A stretch of 64,000 bases of DNA from a virus. The notes under the pieces were generated by a model. It searched no databases and had not been told where the DNA came from. It saw only the letters and a program-made list of their open reading frames with translations. Location of the stretch: the UHGV virus genome UHGV-0144373; one strand, given 5' to 3'. Both the position numbers and the translations under genes were made by a program. This document shows positions 17,599 through 26,881 of the stretch, in pieces (within the stretch, counting starts at the first letter, position 1; each line of letters begins with the position of its first letter).

Positions 17599-19380
17599 AT
17601 GACTAAATCACTTTATGCAGTACCAGCAGGTCTTAATGCAGATGCTTACAAGGCATCACATATATATCAGTATCCAGATGCTACACAATATCTTATGTTG
17701 AACCTGACACCACGTAGTGATAAATGGTTTAACAGTCCTTTAGCAATTGACGGTGTAGTGGCTTTTGGTATTCAACGTTTTGTTAAAGATTACTTGATAG
17801 ACCACTGGAATGCCACTTTCTTTGAACGTGATAAAAAAGAAGCAATTGACGAAATCTTAGAAGTCATGAATGGTGTTCTGGGTAAAGATGCTATCGGTCG
17901 AGAGCATTGGGAAGCACTTCACGACTTAGGCTATCTACCAGTTGAAGTATACGCTGTAGAAGAAGGTGCAGTTGTTCCTATGCGTGTCCCAATGATTGTC
18001 TTCCAGAACACTGTTTCAGGCTTCCATTGGGTAGCAGGGTATCTGGAAGATGCTTTCTCTGCTGAGATTTGGAAGGCTTGCACTATTGCAACTATTGCAT
18101 TGCATTACAAACGCATCTGTAAGAAGTGGGCTGACCTTACTTGCGACAATGACTTACATTTACCCTATCAGTGCCATGACTTTGCTATGCGTGGTATGTC
18201 CGGCTTTACTGATGACGCATTTAACGCTGTAGGTCACTTAACCAGCTTTAAAGGAACTGATAGCTTCCCTGCTGTGTATACGGCTAAACGAATCTATGGA
18301 CAGTCCTACCCAATCTCTGATATTGGTAGCTCTGTACCAGCCACTGAACACTCTGTGATGTGTGCAAACATTGCTTGGGAAGGTGGTAATGAATTGATTG
18401 AAGATGAAAGACGTTTTAAAGGTGAGTTACAAACCTTCCGTCGTTTCTTAACAGAAACTTACCCAACTGGTATTGCAAGTATTGTTTCAGACACTTATAA
18501 CTTCTGGAGAACTGTGTCAGAAATCTTACCAGCACTACGTAAAGAAATTATGGAACGTGACGGTAAACTGGTAATTCGCCCTGACTCTGGAGACCCTGTA
18601 CATATTGTCACAGGTTATAAAGCAATCCACTTAGAGTGTGCTAAAAAGGCTTATTATGAGCACCTAAGCAAGCTGGAAGCCAGTGACACAATGCTGAATG
18701 CTGTTCTGAACATGAAGCTTGAAAACATCAGCTATGGTATTGCTGGATGGCTACTGTCAGAAGGATACGAAATGGTTGTTGATAGAGAAGACTTTGAAGT
18801 TGCTGATACAGTGATGTTGAAAAATGCTTATATGGTTGGTTCTGCAAACGTTATAACACGTCCTGTGGCTGAGATTGATGGAGCTATTAAGACACTGTAC
18901 AACATCTTTGGAGGAACTATTAACTCTAAAGGGTTTAAGGTACTGGATGAGCATATCGGTCTTATCTATGGTGACTCTATCACACTGGAACGTGCAAACG
19001 AAATCCTGAAGCGTCTGTATGAAATGGGTTTTGCAAGCTCTAACGTAGTATTTGGTGTAGGCTCTTACACTTACCAGTACATGACTCGTGACACCTTTGC
19101 ATTTGCTGTCAAAGCAACTCTTGCAAGCATTGGTGGTAAAGAGATTATGCTTGCAAAAGACCCTAAAACAGATAGTGGTGTTAAGAAATCTGCTTTTGGC
19201 GGTGTAGCACCTATGTGGGATGGTGATAAGTTGAAAGCTGTAGATGGCTATGGATTCCAGAGCTTTGCAGATGCACTTGAACATCCAGCTTGTGCTTTAC
19301 GTTTAGTCTTTAGTGACTCTGAGCAGTACGGTTACACATCTCTTGGTGATATTCGAAATAATATTGACAAGCAGCTTTAA
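17599..19380 (+). CDS. nicotinamide phosphoribosyltransferase-like protein (Nampt/NadV homolog)
   Basis: 593 aa; GFTDDAFNAVGHL, GTDSFPAVY and SVPATEHSVMC segments recalled as Nampt-family-like (from memory); immediately downstream of the prs-like gene. Confidence 0.7.
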   Translation: MTKSLYAVPAGLNADAYKASHIYQYPDATQYLMLNLTPRSDKWFNSPLAIDGVVAFGIQRFVKDYLIDHWNATFFERDKKEAIDEILEVMNGVLGKDAIGREHWEALHDLGYLPVEVYAVEEGAVVPMRVPMIVFQNTVSGFHWVAGYLEDAFSAEIWKACTIATIALHYKRICKKWADLTCDNDLHLPYQCHDFAMRGMSGFTDDAFNAVGHLTSFKGTDSFPAVYTAKRIYGQSYPISDIGSSVPATEHSVMCANIAWEGGNELIEDERRFKGELQTFRRFLTETYPTGIASIVSDTYNFWRTVSEILPALRKEIMERDGKLVIRPDSGDPVHIVTGYKAIHLECAKKAYYEHLSKLEASDTMLNAVLNMKLENISYGIAGWLLSEGYEMVVDREDFEVADTVMLKNAYMVGSANVITRPVAEIDGAIKTLYNIFGGTINSKGFKVLDEHIGLIYGDSITLERANEILKRLYEMGFASSNVVFGVGSYTYQYMTRDTFAFAVKATLASIGGKEIMLAKDPKTDSGVKKSAFGGVAPMWDGDKLKAVDGYGFQSFADALEHPACALRLVFSDSEQYGYTSLGDIRNNIDKQL

Positions 19381-19394
19381 AAGTATATGATAAG

Positions 19395-19417
19395 AGGCTC
19401 CTACGGGAGCCTTTTTA
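19395..19417 (+). terminator. rho-independent terminator
   Basis: AGGCTCC-TACG-GGAGCCT then TTTTT. Confidence 0.55.
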
Positions 19418-19433
19418 ATTTCTGGAGAAAACT

Positions 19434-19769
19434 ATGAAAATCAAAGAGATGAATATCAACATTGTCCTAGAAGAACGTTGGGAGAATATTAAGAAATCTG
19501 AAGATGGTAAAAAGTTCCTTAACAAAATTTTAGTAGCAGCTAAAGAAGAACTAACAGGTAAGGTTGCAGCAGCAATCACAATAAAGGTTTGTGTAAAAGG
19601 TCTCCCAGACAATCACCAATTTGCACTTGACGAGTTTAAAGAAGGCTTCTACAATCCAAACAAACAGATGATTGAAAGTAACTTTGCAGTATCTACAAGT
19701 ATCGTCCATGACAGAAGCTTTATCCTTTACAAAAATATGAGAGGTGAGTCATGCAAGCATATTGGATAG
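19434..19769 (+). CDS. hypothetical protein
   Basis: ORF with GGAGAAAA SD. Confidence 0.4.
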   Translation: MKIKEMNINIVLEERWENIKKSEDGKKFLNKILVAAKEELTGKVAAAITIKVCVKGLPDNHQFALDEFKEGFYNPNKQMIESNFAVSTSIVHDRSFILYKNMRGESCKHIG

Positions 19770-19927
19770 AAATTTTACTGTCACTTGGTAGTGTAGCAGT
19801 ATTTGTTTACCTTCTTTGCAAGTACTATGCAGAGTGCAAGAAGTGTGATTACTGCAACGGGGAAGGGTATACAAGAGCAGGTTGTTGCCCTATTTGTGGT
19901 GGTTCTGGTAAAATGTTTAATAAGTAA
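19751..19927 (+). CDS. small Cys-rich membrane protein (58 aa, hypothetical)
   Basis: ATG19751 to TAA 19925-19927; TM segment then CxxC...CCPICGG; below the ORF-track cutoff. Confidence 0.3.
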   Translation: MQAYWIEILLSLGSVAVFVYLLCKYYAECKKCDYCNGEGYTRAGCCPICGGSGKMFNK

Positions 19928-19955
19928 TTTAACAGTAAACTAAGAGGAAAGTATT

Positions 19956-22322
19956 ATGCGCATGGTAAACGACCACGCAGAAGTGCTTAAGAGTTCAACT
20001 TCTTTGGAGACATCTCAAGCACAGATTACAATGACACCTGAAATGTTCAGCCTTTTGAGTTCTGGTGTATACACATTTAAAGAGCGAGCAGTGATTCGTG
20101 AACTGTCATGTAATGCAGTGGATGCTCAGAAAGAAGCTGGAAAAGAGAACATCCCGTTCCATGTGCATTTACCTACTCGATTTGAGCCTTACTTTGAAGT
20201 CCGTGACTTTGGAACTGGATTGACTCATGATAAAGTTATGAGTTTGTACCTAAACTACGGAGCTTCTACGAAGAATGACTCTAATGATTACATTGGTGCA
20301 ATGGGTATCGGCTCAAAATCTCCATTTGCAATTGCTCAGTCATTCACAGTATCTAGCTATGTTGACGGTGTTGTTAATAAGTACTCTGTTTACCTTGAGA
20401 ATGGTATCCCTCAAGTAACTAAGCTTACTACTAACCAAACAAATGAACCTAATGGTTTAGCTGTACGTGTGGCAGTTGCTGACCACCGTATTTCAAAGTT
20501 CTTTGAAGAGGCTGGTCACGTATACTCATACTTTGCTGTAAAACCAGAAAGTAACATTGTATATGATGACGTGTTAGCAGATATGAACGTCATTGCCCGT
20601 GAAGAAGGTGTTTATGATGCTATGATTCATAAGCAAAGCTGGCGTTCTAGTGGCAACAGGACAGATTTTAATGTGGTAATGGGTAATATTGCCTACCCAG
20701 TTAATATGGAAGCATTACTTGGCGATGATTTCTTCAAAGTCTTGCCAGAATTTTTCCGTAGGAGCGTAGACCTTGTAAACATTTACATGCCTATTGGTTC
20801 AGTGGCTATTGCAGCTTCTCGTGAAGCATTGCAGATGAATGATACGACAAAAAATGTTATTATCGAGGCCACCAAAAAGATAACTGGAGCAATTACAAAG
20901 GATGTTATCAAGAAAGTTAATAGTCAACCTACACTCATGGATGCTGCACAGGCTTATGCTGAGTTACGTTTGAACTCACGAGAGATGTTTAATGCTGTGT
21001 GTCCAAAGCTGGAGTGGGGTGGTGTTAAGCTTGATTCTCTGGAAGAAGAATTACTAAACATTCGTCGTGGGATTATCTACGCAGAAGACGGCTCAGTCAT
21101 TTATGAACGTGACGGCAAAGGTAATATTAAGGTTGATAGGAACGGGAACAATATCCCTAAAGTAGATTATCTTTATAATCCAGTTGCTTATGTCAAGTTC
21201 AACTCTTTAGAGAGTAAGATTCGTGCAACAGCACTTTCCTACACTCAAGAGGCAAGTATGTTCAATATCTTTGGTGCAATGCGTAAAAGCCAAATTGAAC
21301 AGTTTTTGTTCGTGATTAATGACCGTCGCAATAAAAATGGCACTGAGAAGACTGTAGGCCGCAATCAGATTCTGCGTGGTGCATGTCGAGATTACGCCAA
21401 TGAGTCAAGTCTGTTTCACAGATACAATGGTATTGTGTTTGTATTCTCGACTGAAAAAGAGTTAGATGATTTAATCAACCTGCATAAACTTGATAAAAGC
21501 TTGTTAAAGATTGTGAAAATGTCTGATAAGGAACACCATTACCAGCGTAAAGAAGCTGTCAGGGGTGTTGTAAAACTCTGGAAAGCTGTTCCAGCAGAAG
21601 GTGTAGCCTCATACACAGAGGTGTCAGAAGACTTTGATACAATTGAAGAACCTCAGCTTTACATTAAGGCAGTTGGTGATACAGTTGATGGCGAATGTTT
21701 TTGCTCATCTCCAGAAGATGTAGCTAAGTCAGTTGCTAATGTTACAGGGAAGACAGTCTATGTTTTCCGAAAAGCAAATTGGAAAAAGATACCAGAAGAC
21801 TGGATTGAAGTAGATGAGAAGCTCTTGAACGACAGTTTAACTGATGTTCACTGGATTAATCATAACAGGTATATGACACGCATCTGTATGCGTGGTGTCC
21901 TTAACCTTACAAGCTGTTGGATTATTACCAGAAACTTTACGTTCAATAACAGGAAGATTTCTGATGGTTATTGCTATTCACGGGACACAAACAAAACTAT
22001 CTTCCTAGAAGGTAATGAAGATGCTGTTGAGGCAATGTTCGGTAAAATCCAATACGTTGCTGCACAATTTGCATACACTTACACTATTAGTGTGTTGCAA
22101 GATTTGAAAAGGTGTCTTGACAATGATACAAAGCTTTATAAGAAAATTAAGAAAGCTGGTGACCGTATGTTTATTAAGGTGACAAACTACTTCTCAAAAA
22201 GAAAACAAGAAAACTTCTTGCTTTCTCATTTAGATTGGAATAAAGTGTCACCCATTGAAGTGAGTAAGTTCTTGGGCTTTGATGTGAAGTGTGTTCCAGA
22301 AGGGACTACAATTTACGATTAA
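19956..22322 (+). CDS. rIIA: rIIA-like protein with N-terminal GHKL (Bergerat-fold) ATPase domain
   Basis: 788 aa; N-box ELSCNAVDA, G1 box VRDFGTGL, G2 box GAMGIGSKS in canonical order; rIIA assignment from architecture, size and following gene. Confidence 0.5.
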   Translation: MRMVNDHAEVLKSSTSLETSQAQITMTPEMFSLLSSGVYTFKERAVIRELSCNAVDAQKEAGKENIPFHVHLPTRFEPYFEVRDFGTGLTHDKVMSLYLNYGASTKNDSNDYIGAMGIGSKSPFAIAQSFTVSSYVDGVVNKYSVYLENGIPQVTKLTTNQTNEPNGLAVRVAVADHRISKFFEEAGHVYSYFAVKPESNIVYDDVLADMNVIAREEGVYDAMIHKQSWRSSGNRTDFNVVMGNIAYPVNMEALLGDDFFKVLPEFFRRSVDLVNIYMPIGSVAIAASREALQMNDTTKNVIIEATKKITGAITKDVIKKVNSQPTLMDAAQAYAELRLNSREMFNAVCPKLEWGGVKLDSLEEELLNIRRGIIYAEDGSVIYERDGKGNIKVDRNGNNIPKVDYLYNPVAYVKFNSLESKIRATALSYTQEASMFNIFGAMRKSQIEQFLFVINDRRNKNGTEKTVGRNQILRGACRDYANESSLFHRYNGIVFVFSTEKELDDLINLHKLDKSLLKIVKMSDKEHHYQRKEAVRGVVKLWKAVPAEGVASYTEVSEDFDTIEEPQLYIKAVGDTVDGECFCSSPEDVAKSVANVTGKTVYVFRKANWKKIPEDWIEVDEKLLNDSLTDVHWINHNRYMTRICMRGVLNLTSCWIITRNFTFNNRKISDGYCYSRDTNKTIFLEGNEDAVEAMFGKIQYVAAQFAYTYTISVLQDLKRCLDNDTKLYKKIKKAGDRMFIKVTNYFSKRKQENFLLSHLDWNKVSPIEVSKFLGFDVKCVPEGTTIYD

Positions 22323-22327
22323 AGTGT

Positions 22328-22357
22328 TTGACAAGGGGCTTTGAAGCCCCTTAGAAT
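22328..22357 (+). promoter_or_regulatory. promoter-like element with GC hairpin in the spacer
   Basis: TTGACA, 18-nt spacer containing GGGGCTTTGAAGCCCC, then TAGAAT. Confidence 0.35.
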
Positions 22358-22401
22358 AGCCTCACAAAATGAGTTATTAACTAACAAGAGAGAGTAATAA
22401 G

Positions 22402-23511
22402 ATGACTACTAAAACTAAAGCACAGATTGACGCAGAAATTTACAAACTGGTTAAAGAAGGTAAGCTTACTAAAACAGCTATTGCACAGAAGTTCAATACT
22501 TCAACCCGTTCAGTTGGTCGTGCTGTAGAGCGTCATGAAGCAACCTTAAAAGGTAAGAAAAAGGTAGCTTCTAAACCAGCTACGAAGACTTTGAAGCAAG
22601 TTGCTAAGTCAGTTAAAAAGAAAGCTGGAAAACCAGTTGAAAAGGTTGTTAAAGAGGTTGTACAAAAGGCTCCGGTAAATAAACTACACGAAGCTATGCA
22701 GAATGGCAACCAGATTGAGTACATGATTACTGGTGACTCTGTTATCATGACTTTCGGTGCAGATTCTGAAATAGTTGAATCTACCCATCCGAACTACAAA
22801 GAAATCGTGATGGCTGTTGTATCCGGTGAGTTTAAGAAAGCCTTTGAACTGATGAACATTCGTAAGTCTATCGAAAACTTCACTCAGGGTGCTATCACAA
22901 TCAAGGGTGACAAACTATTCTACGGTGCTGTTGAGATGCGTTCTACTCTGGTTGACCGTATTCTTCACATGATGAAGACTGGAGATAAAGGTTTTGAACG
23001 CCTTGTAATGTTCTTTGAAAAACTGATGGAAAACCCATCTAAAGATTCTGTAGAACAACTTTGGGGCTTCGTATCCCACCTTGATGTTGAAATTGATGAA
23101 GAAGGTTACATCATTGGTTGGAAGAAAGTCTCTACTCGTGAAGGTAAGCTGGTTGACTCCCACACCTACAGAGTACCTAATGATTTAGGTAACATTGTAG
23201 AAATGCCACGTTGGATGGTTGATAATAACCGTAACGTGACTTGCTCACAAGGTCTTCACGTTGGTGCTTGGGATTATGTTCGTTGCTTCTCAGGTGATAC
23301 AATTCTGAAGGTTCGTGTCCATCCACGAGATGTTGTATCTGTTCCAACTGATTACAACGATATGAAGATGCGTTCATCACGTTATGAAGTTGCAGCAATC
23401 GTTGACAATCAACGTAAAGTGCTGAAAGCATGGGATGGCAAGACTGAAGCTTTGCATGTCATCGTTGGTACTGCTGGCGAACTTATTTCTCAGCGTAAAC
23501 GTGAAATCTAA
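22402..23511 (+). CDS. rIIB: rIIB-like protein (tentative)
   Basis: 369 aa, directly downstream of the rIIA-like gene; Lys-rich N-terminal region; assignment by synteny only. Confidence 0.35.
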   Translation: MTTKTKAQIDAEIYKLVKEGKLTKTAIAQKFNTSTRSVGRAVERHEATLKGKKKVASKPATKTLKQVAKSVKKKAGKPVEKVVKEVVQKAPVNKLHEAMQNGNQIEYMITGDSVIMTFGADSEIVESTHPNYKEIVMAVVSGEFKKAFELMNIRKSIENFTQGAITIKGDKLFYGAVEMRSTLVDRILHMMKTGDKGFERLVMFFEKLMENPSKDSVEQLWGFVSHLDVEIDEEGYIIGWKKVSTREGKLVDSHTYRVPNDLGNIVEMPRWMVDNNRNVTCSQGLHVGAWDYVRCFSGDTILKVRVHPRDVVSVPTDYNDMKMRSSRYEVAAIVDNQRKVLKAWDGKTEALHVIVGTAGELISQRKREI

Positions 23512-23526
23512 TAAGTAATTTCTTAA

Positions 23527-23550
23527 AAGGCTGCTTCGGCGGCCTTTTTT
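23527..23550 (+). terminator. rho-independent terminator
   Basis: GGCTGC-TTCG-GCGGCC stem then TTTTTT. Confidence 0.5.
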
Positions 23551-23552
23551 AT

Positions 23553-23580
23553 TTGTATTTTGTGCAGAGTGCTGTATAAT
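23553..23580 (+). promoter_or_regulatory. sigma70-like promoter
   Basis: TTGTAT, 16-nt spacer, TATAAT (23575-23580). Confidence 0.4.
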
Positions 23581-23611
23581 TGTTGTCACGATAAACTAAA
23601 CAGGAGAACCA

Positions 23612-24160
23612 ATGAAGAAATTGATTCTAGGTTTGTGCTTAATGTTTACAGCACACTTATCTTATGCAGTTGACTGCCCAGAGCTATCAATTAGCCAAAA
23701 AGTAAACATGTTAAAAGCTTACCAGTATGGCGAGAATAACATGGGTAAAGGTTGGGGTATCACTCTAGCTGCTATAGCCTTACAAGAGTCAGAGTTAGGT
23801 CTGAAGGTAGAGAATAAAAAGACACATGATTATGGTATTTTCCAGAACCACTTGAAGACTGTTGTAAAGCGTAACAAAATCAGTCCTAATGTGGCTAAAA
23901 AGAAACTCTTAAAAGATTTTGACTATGCTGCAAAGGAAACTCACAAAGAGCTTGAATTTTGGACTAAGGTACACGGTCAACCAAAGTCAAAGAAGACTTT
24001 ACAAAAAGTTTTAGCATCATATAATGCTGGGTATTCGTACAAAATCCCTAAAGCTAAGAAATATTCTCAAGATGTCTATAACAACATGAAAGTCATTGCT
24101 CAATGTGAATTTGCAACAAACATTTCTAAGGTAAACCATGAAAAAATTAAAAAAGTCTGA
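23612..24160 (+). CDS. secreted protein with lytic-transglycosylase-like motif
   Basis: Signal peptide MKKLILGLCLMFTAHLSYA; LAAIALQESELG resembles the SLT-domain catalytic Glu region. Confidence 0.4.
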   Translation: MKKLILGLCLMFTAHLSYAVDCPELSISQKVNMLKAYQYGENNMGKGWGITLAAIALQESELGLKVENKKTHDYGIFQNHLKTVVKRNKISPNVAKKKLLKDFDYAAKETHKELEFWTKVHGQPKSKKTLQKVLASYNAGYSYKIPKAKKYSQDVYNNMKVIAQCEFATNISKVNHEKIKKV

Positions 24161-24833
24161 TGAAGTACTGTGTCATGCTTACGACTTACATCCTCATGAG
24201 TTAGGTCTTGATTCCTGTGTATGGACTCCAGAACAGTGTAGGGATTTTGAAGACACTGCAAGAGAAGTTGTATGTTCACTCGAAGAGTTCCACACATCAG
24301 AGCCAATTGTGAATGTTGTAGATAAAGAGACTGGACAAACTATAGGTGTAAGTCATGATAGCTTAGTCATAGTCAATAAAGACCTTGTAGAAAAAGGTAA
24401 CCTCATCTTAGCAGATATTGATGGTGTTCTTACAAATTTTAATCACGAAGATTACTCAACGGAATTGACTGATGGTTCATTCTCACAGTATACCAATCTT
24501 CTTGATTCTGTAAGAGCAAAGCCAACGTATGTTTTCAATATCATTGATGCAATTGCTAATCATGCTGCCATTGGACTCTTGACAGCGAGAGGTGAATCTC
24601 AGAGAATACCTACTGAGATGTTTTTAAGGCATAACACAGAGCATGACTACATGCTCTTTATGCGTGGTTTTGGGACTAACTCTATAAGTGCAGAAAGTTT
24701 GAAAGTGAGGATGATTCAGTCTTGCATTCTGCCTTACTTTAATATAGTATGTTTTATAGAAGACACAGAGAAGAATGTGCAGAAGGTGAACAGAATCCTT
24801 CCACACATCAAAACCATGTTAGTTAAACATTGA
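24138..24833 (+). CDS. HAD-superfamily hydrolase/phosphatase-like protein
   Basis: LILADIDGVLTNF fits HAD motif I (DxDG[TV]). Confidence 0.45.
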   Translation: MKKLKKSDEVLCHAYDLHPHELGLDSCVWTPEQCRDFEDTAREVVCSLEEFHTSEPIVNVVDKETGQTIGVSHDSLVIVNKDLVEKGNLILADIDGVLTNFNHEDYSTELTDGSFSQYTNLLDSVRAKPTYVFNIIDAIANHAAIGLLTARGESQRIPTEMFLRHNTEHDYMLFMRGFGTNSISAESLKVRMIQSCILPYFNIVCFIEDTEKNVQKVNRILPHIKTMLVKH

Positions 24834-24843
24834 GAGAAAACTT

Positions 24844-25308
24844 ATGAACAATATCATTACGGTAGCACTTGACGTTACGGCAAACAAATCTGAAGTAGTT
24901 CGTAACATTATCAAGAGCAACTTTGAGGGTAAAATCTTCCGTGCTGTCAACGTAAAAGCAGACGGTAACATCCGAGAGTATCGTGCTCTTTTGAATGTTA
25001 AGAAACACGTAAAAGGTTCTGGCTCAACGACAGCACATAAAGAAAATCTGATGACTATCTATGATATGGGTATGGCTTCAGAATTAGGTGCTGAAGGTAT
25101 CGTTAAAGAAGGTGCTCCGTATCGCTCTTTCAATCTGGAAACTACTCTCATGCTTTCCTTTACAAGTGGTTCTAAAACAACTACTTATCTCTTTACTGAT
25201 GCTGCAACGGTATCTGCTATCAAGGATAGCACTGTCAAAGCTGGGGTAGCTGCTGCTGCAAAAGCTTCTTCGATGGCTGCAAATGTCCTTGCTAAAGTCC
25301 TCGGTTAA
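24844..25308 (+). CDS. hypothetical protein
   Basis: ORF with SD; Ala-rich C-terminus. Confidence 0.4.
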   Translation: MNNIITVALDVTANKSEVVRNIIKSNFEGKIFRAVNVKADGNIREYRALLNVKKHVKGSGSTTAHKENLMTIYDMGMASELGAEGIVKEGAPYRSFNLETTLMLSFTSGSKTTTYLFTDAATVSAIKDSTVKAGVAAAAKASSMAANVLAKVLG

Positions 25309-25320
25309 GGTTAAGATACA

Positions 25321-25341
25321 GGCTCCTTCGGGAGCCTTTTT
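25321..25341 (+). terminator. rho-independent terminator
   Basis: GGCTCC-TTCG-GGAGCC then TTTTT. Confidence 0.55.
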
Positions 25342-25360
25342 CATTTTAGGAGATTGTTAA

Positions 25361-25708
25361 ATGACATTTAAAGAGTTCTGTCAAGCTACCTTCATAATTG
25401 TTTTCTTAGTTGGGGCAGGTGTCTGGGGAGGATACTCTTACAGAGACTATCAAGTTGCTGAAGCTGAGCTAAACAATCAAAAGCTCATAAGTGTTGCTAA
25501 AGATGCTTATCAGGAAGGTTTAGTCACACTGAGCACCAATTACAAAAATGATTTGAAAGATGTGCTTGCTAAGAATAAGCATACAAAAGAGGTACTAACA
25601 TATGAAAAAACTAAGCCAGAGTTTTATAATGTTTGTGTTACTGATAACTATGTCAGGGTGTTCAACGAACAAAGTGAACAGTACATTCAAAAACTCCCAA
25701 GTAAGTGA
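25361..25708 (+). CDS. i-spanin-like protein (N-terminal TM helix plus periplasmic helical region)
   Basis: 115 aa; TM FIIVFLVGAGVWGGYSY then charged helical region; 3' end overlaps the next gene in a different frame. Confidence 0.4.
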   Translation: MTFKEFCQATFIIVFLVGAGVWGGYSYRDYQVAEAELNNQKLISVAKDAYQEGLVTLSTNYKNDLKDVLAKNKHTKEVLTYEKTKPEFYNVCVTDNYVRVFNEQSEQYIQKLPSK

Positions 25709-25871
25709 GAGTGACAAGTACACTCAAGAAGAATCAAGATTCACTGTCAAAGGTAATACTGGCAGCGATGTGGCAGCAGCCCTTGAGTTCTATCGTGATG
25801 GATTTTACCAGTGCACAATCAAAGCTAATAACCTTATTGATATGATTTTATTAGGAAACAAACAGCAATGA
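25602..25871 (+). CDS. o-spanin-like lipoprotein
   Basis: 89 aa; signal peptide with lipobox-like TMSGC; gene starts 107 nt inside the preceding gene. Not Pro-rich, so tentative. Confidence 0.35.
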   Translation: MKKLSQSFIMFVLLITMSGCSTNKVNSTFKNSQVSESDKYTQEESRFTVKGNTGSDVAAALEFYRDGFYQCTIKANNLIDMILLGNKQQ

Positions 25872-26137
25872 CAGAGAATGAAGATACTTTTTACATAGAA
25901 GGGTACTTACTGTTGCCACGACCAAAAGAAACTTATATGCGAATTGATTTCTCACCAACCATTATGGATAATGTGATGTGCCATATCTTTATGCAAGGTG
26001 TCACAGCACAGCTTAAGTATGTTGGTAAAGAGTGCAAAATAAAGGTTGACACTCATCCAGAAATCAAAGAGAATCACTACACATGGTTCTTACCAGACTC
26101 TAAAGAAATCTTAGCAGTTCTTAAAACGAGGAAGTAG
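25868..26137 (+). CDS. hypothetical protein
   Basis: ORF; ATGA overlap. Confidence 0.4.
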   Translation: MTENEDTFYIEGYLLLPRPKETYMRIDFSPTIMDNVMCHIFMQGVTAQLKYVGKECKIKVDTHPEIKENHYTWFLPDSKEILAVLKTRK

Positions 26138-26139
26138 CT

Positions 26140-26463
26140 ATGCAGATTAATGGAAGAGACTTTGTAGCCGTTTACTACGAGAAGGATAAAGAGGTTGGTG
26201 TAGCACAAGTAACCTATGGCAATGGTAAGTGGCTATATGGAACAATCGCAGTAGTAGGAACAAGAAGTGATACAAAAACCTTTAAAGATTGTGTTGACCT
26301 TCTTGAAGAATCCATCCAGAATCATTGGTGTCTGATATGGATGACTGACAACGAAGTGATGGAGCGTTTCAAAAAGATTGATATCAACATTGATAGTATT
26401 GAGCATGTTGATTTATATGAACTGACCGAAAAGGTAAACTATGAAAGCTCTAGAGGTAATTGA
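26140..26463 (+). CDS. hypothetical protein
   Basis: ORF. Confidence 0.4.
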   Translation: MQINGRDFVAVYYEKDKEVGVAQVTYGNGKWLYGTIAVVGTRSDTKTFKDCVDLLEESIQNHWCLIWMTDNEVMERFKKIDINIDSIEHVDLYELTEKVNYESSRGN

Positions 26464-26668
26464 CAAAGATACTGGAGAAGTCACGTCAGCATGTGTTTTC
26501 GTGAGTCACGACACAGTGATACCATTTTACAACCTCGACAGTTTTAGTTTTACAGGGATAACTTCAGAGGAATACTTTGAAGACCTCACCTTTGCCAGAA
26601 TCTCTATAGACACATTCTATAAATGCTTCTATGATGAAGGTAAAGAATTACGAGAAACTGAACTATAA
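26441..26668 (+). CDS. hypothetical protein
   Basis: ORF. Confidence 0.4.
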   Translation: MKALEVIDKDTGEVTSACVFVSHDTVIPFYNLDSFSFTGITSEEYFEDLTFARISIDTFYKCFYDEGKELRETEL

Positions 26669-26680
26669 GGTATATATTAT

Positions 26681-26881
26681 ATGGCTGACTTCTGCAAAGA
26701 CTGTTCTATCGAAATGTTCGGACGTGATACAGGTGACTTAAAAGGTCTTATCACTGAAGATGACTTTAAAGCTGGCTATGCAATGCCAGTAATCTGTGAA
26801 GGTTGTGGGTGCATCTGGGTAGACCACGAAGGACAGCGTGTAAAACCTTCAGAAGATAAAGAATCTTGGGAGAGATGTTAA
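26681..26881 (+). CDS. small Cys-rich protein (zinc-ribbon-like)
   Basis: 66 aa; CKDC...CEGCGC. Confidence 0.4.
   Translation: MADFCKDCSIEMFGRDTGDLKGLITEDDFKAGYAMPVICEGCGCIWVDHEGQRVKPSEDKESWERC

Noticed and set aside
18757-19284. 175-aa minus-strand ORF inside the Nampt-like gene
   Set aside because: Antisense to a motif-supported gene; Cys/Phe-rich composition typical of antisense reading of AT-rich coding DNA.
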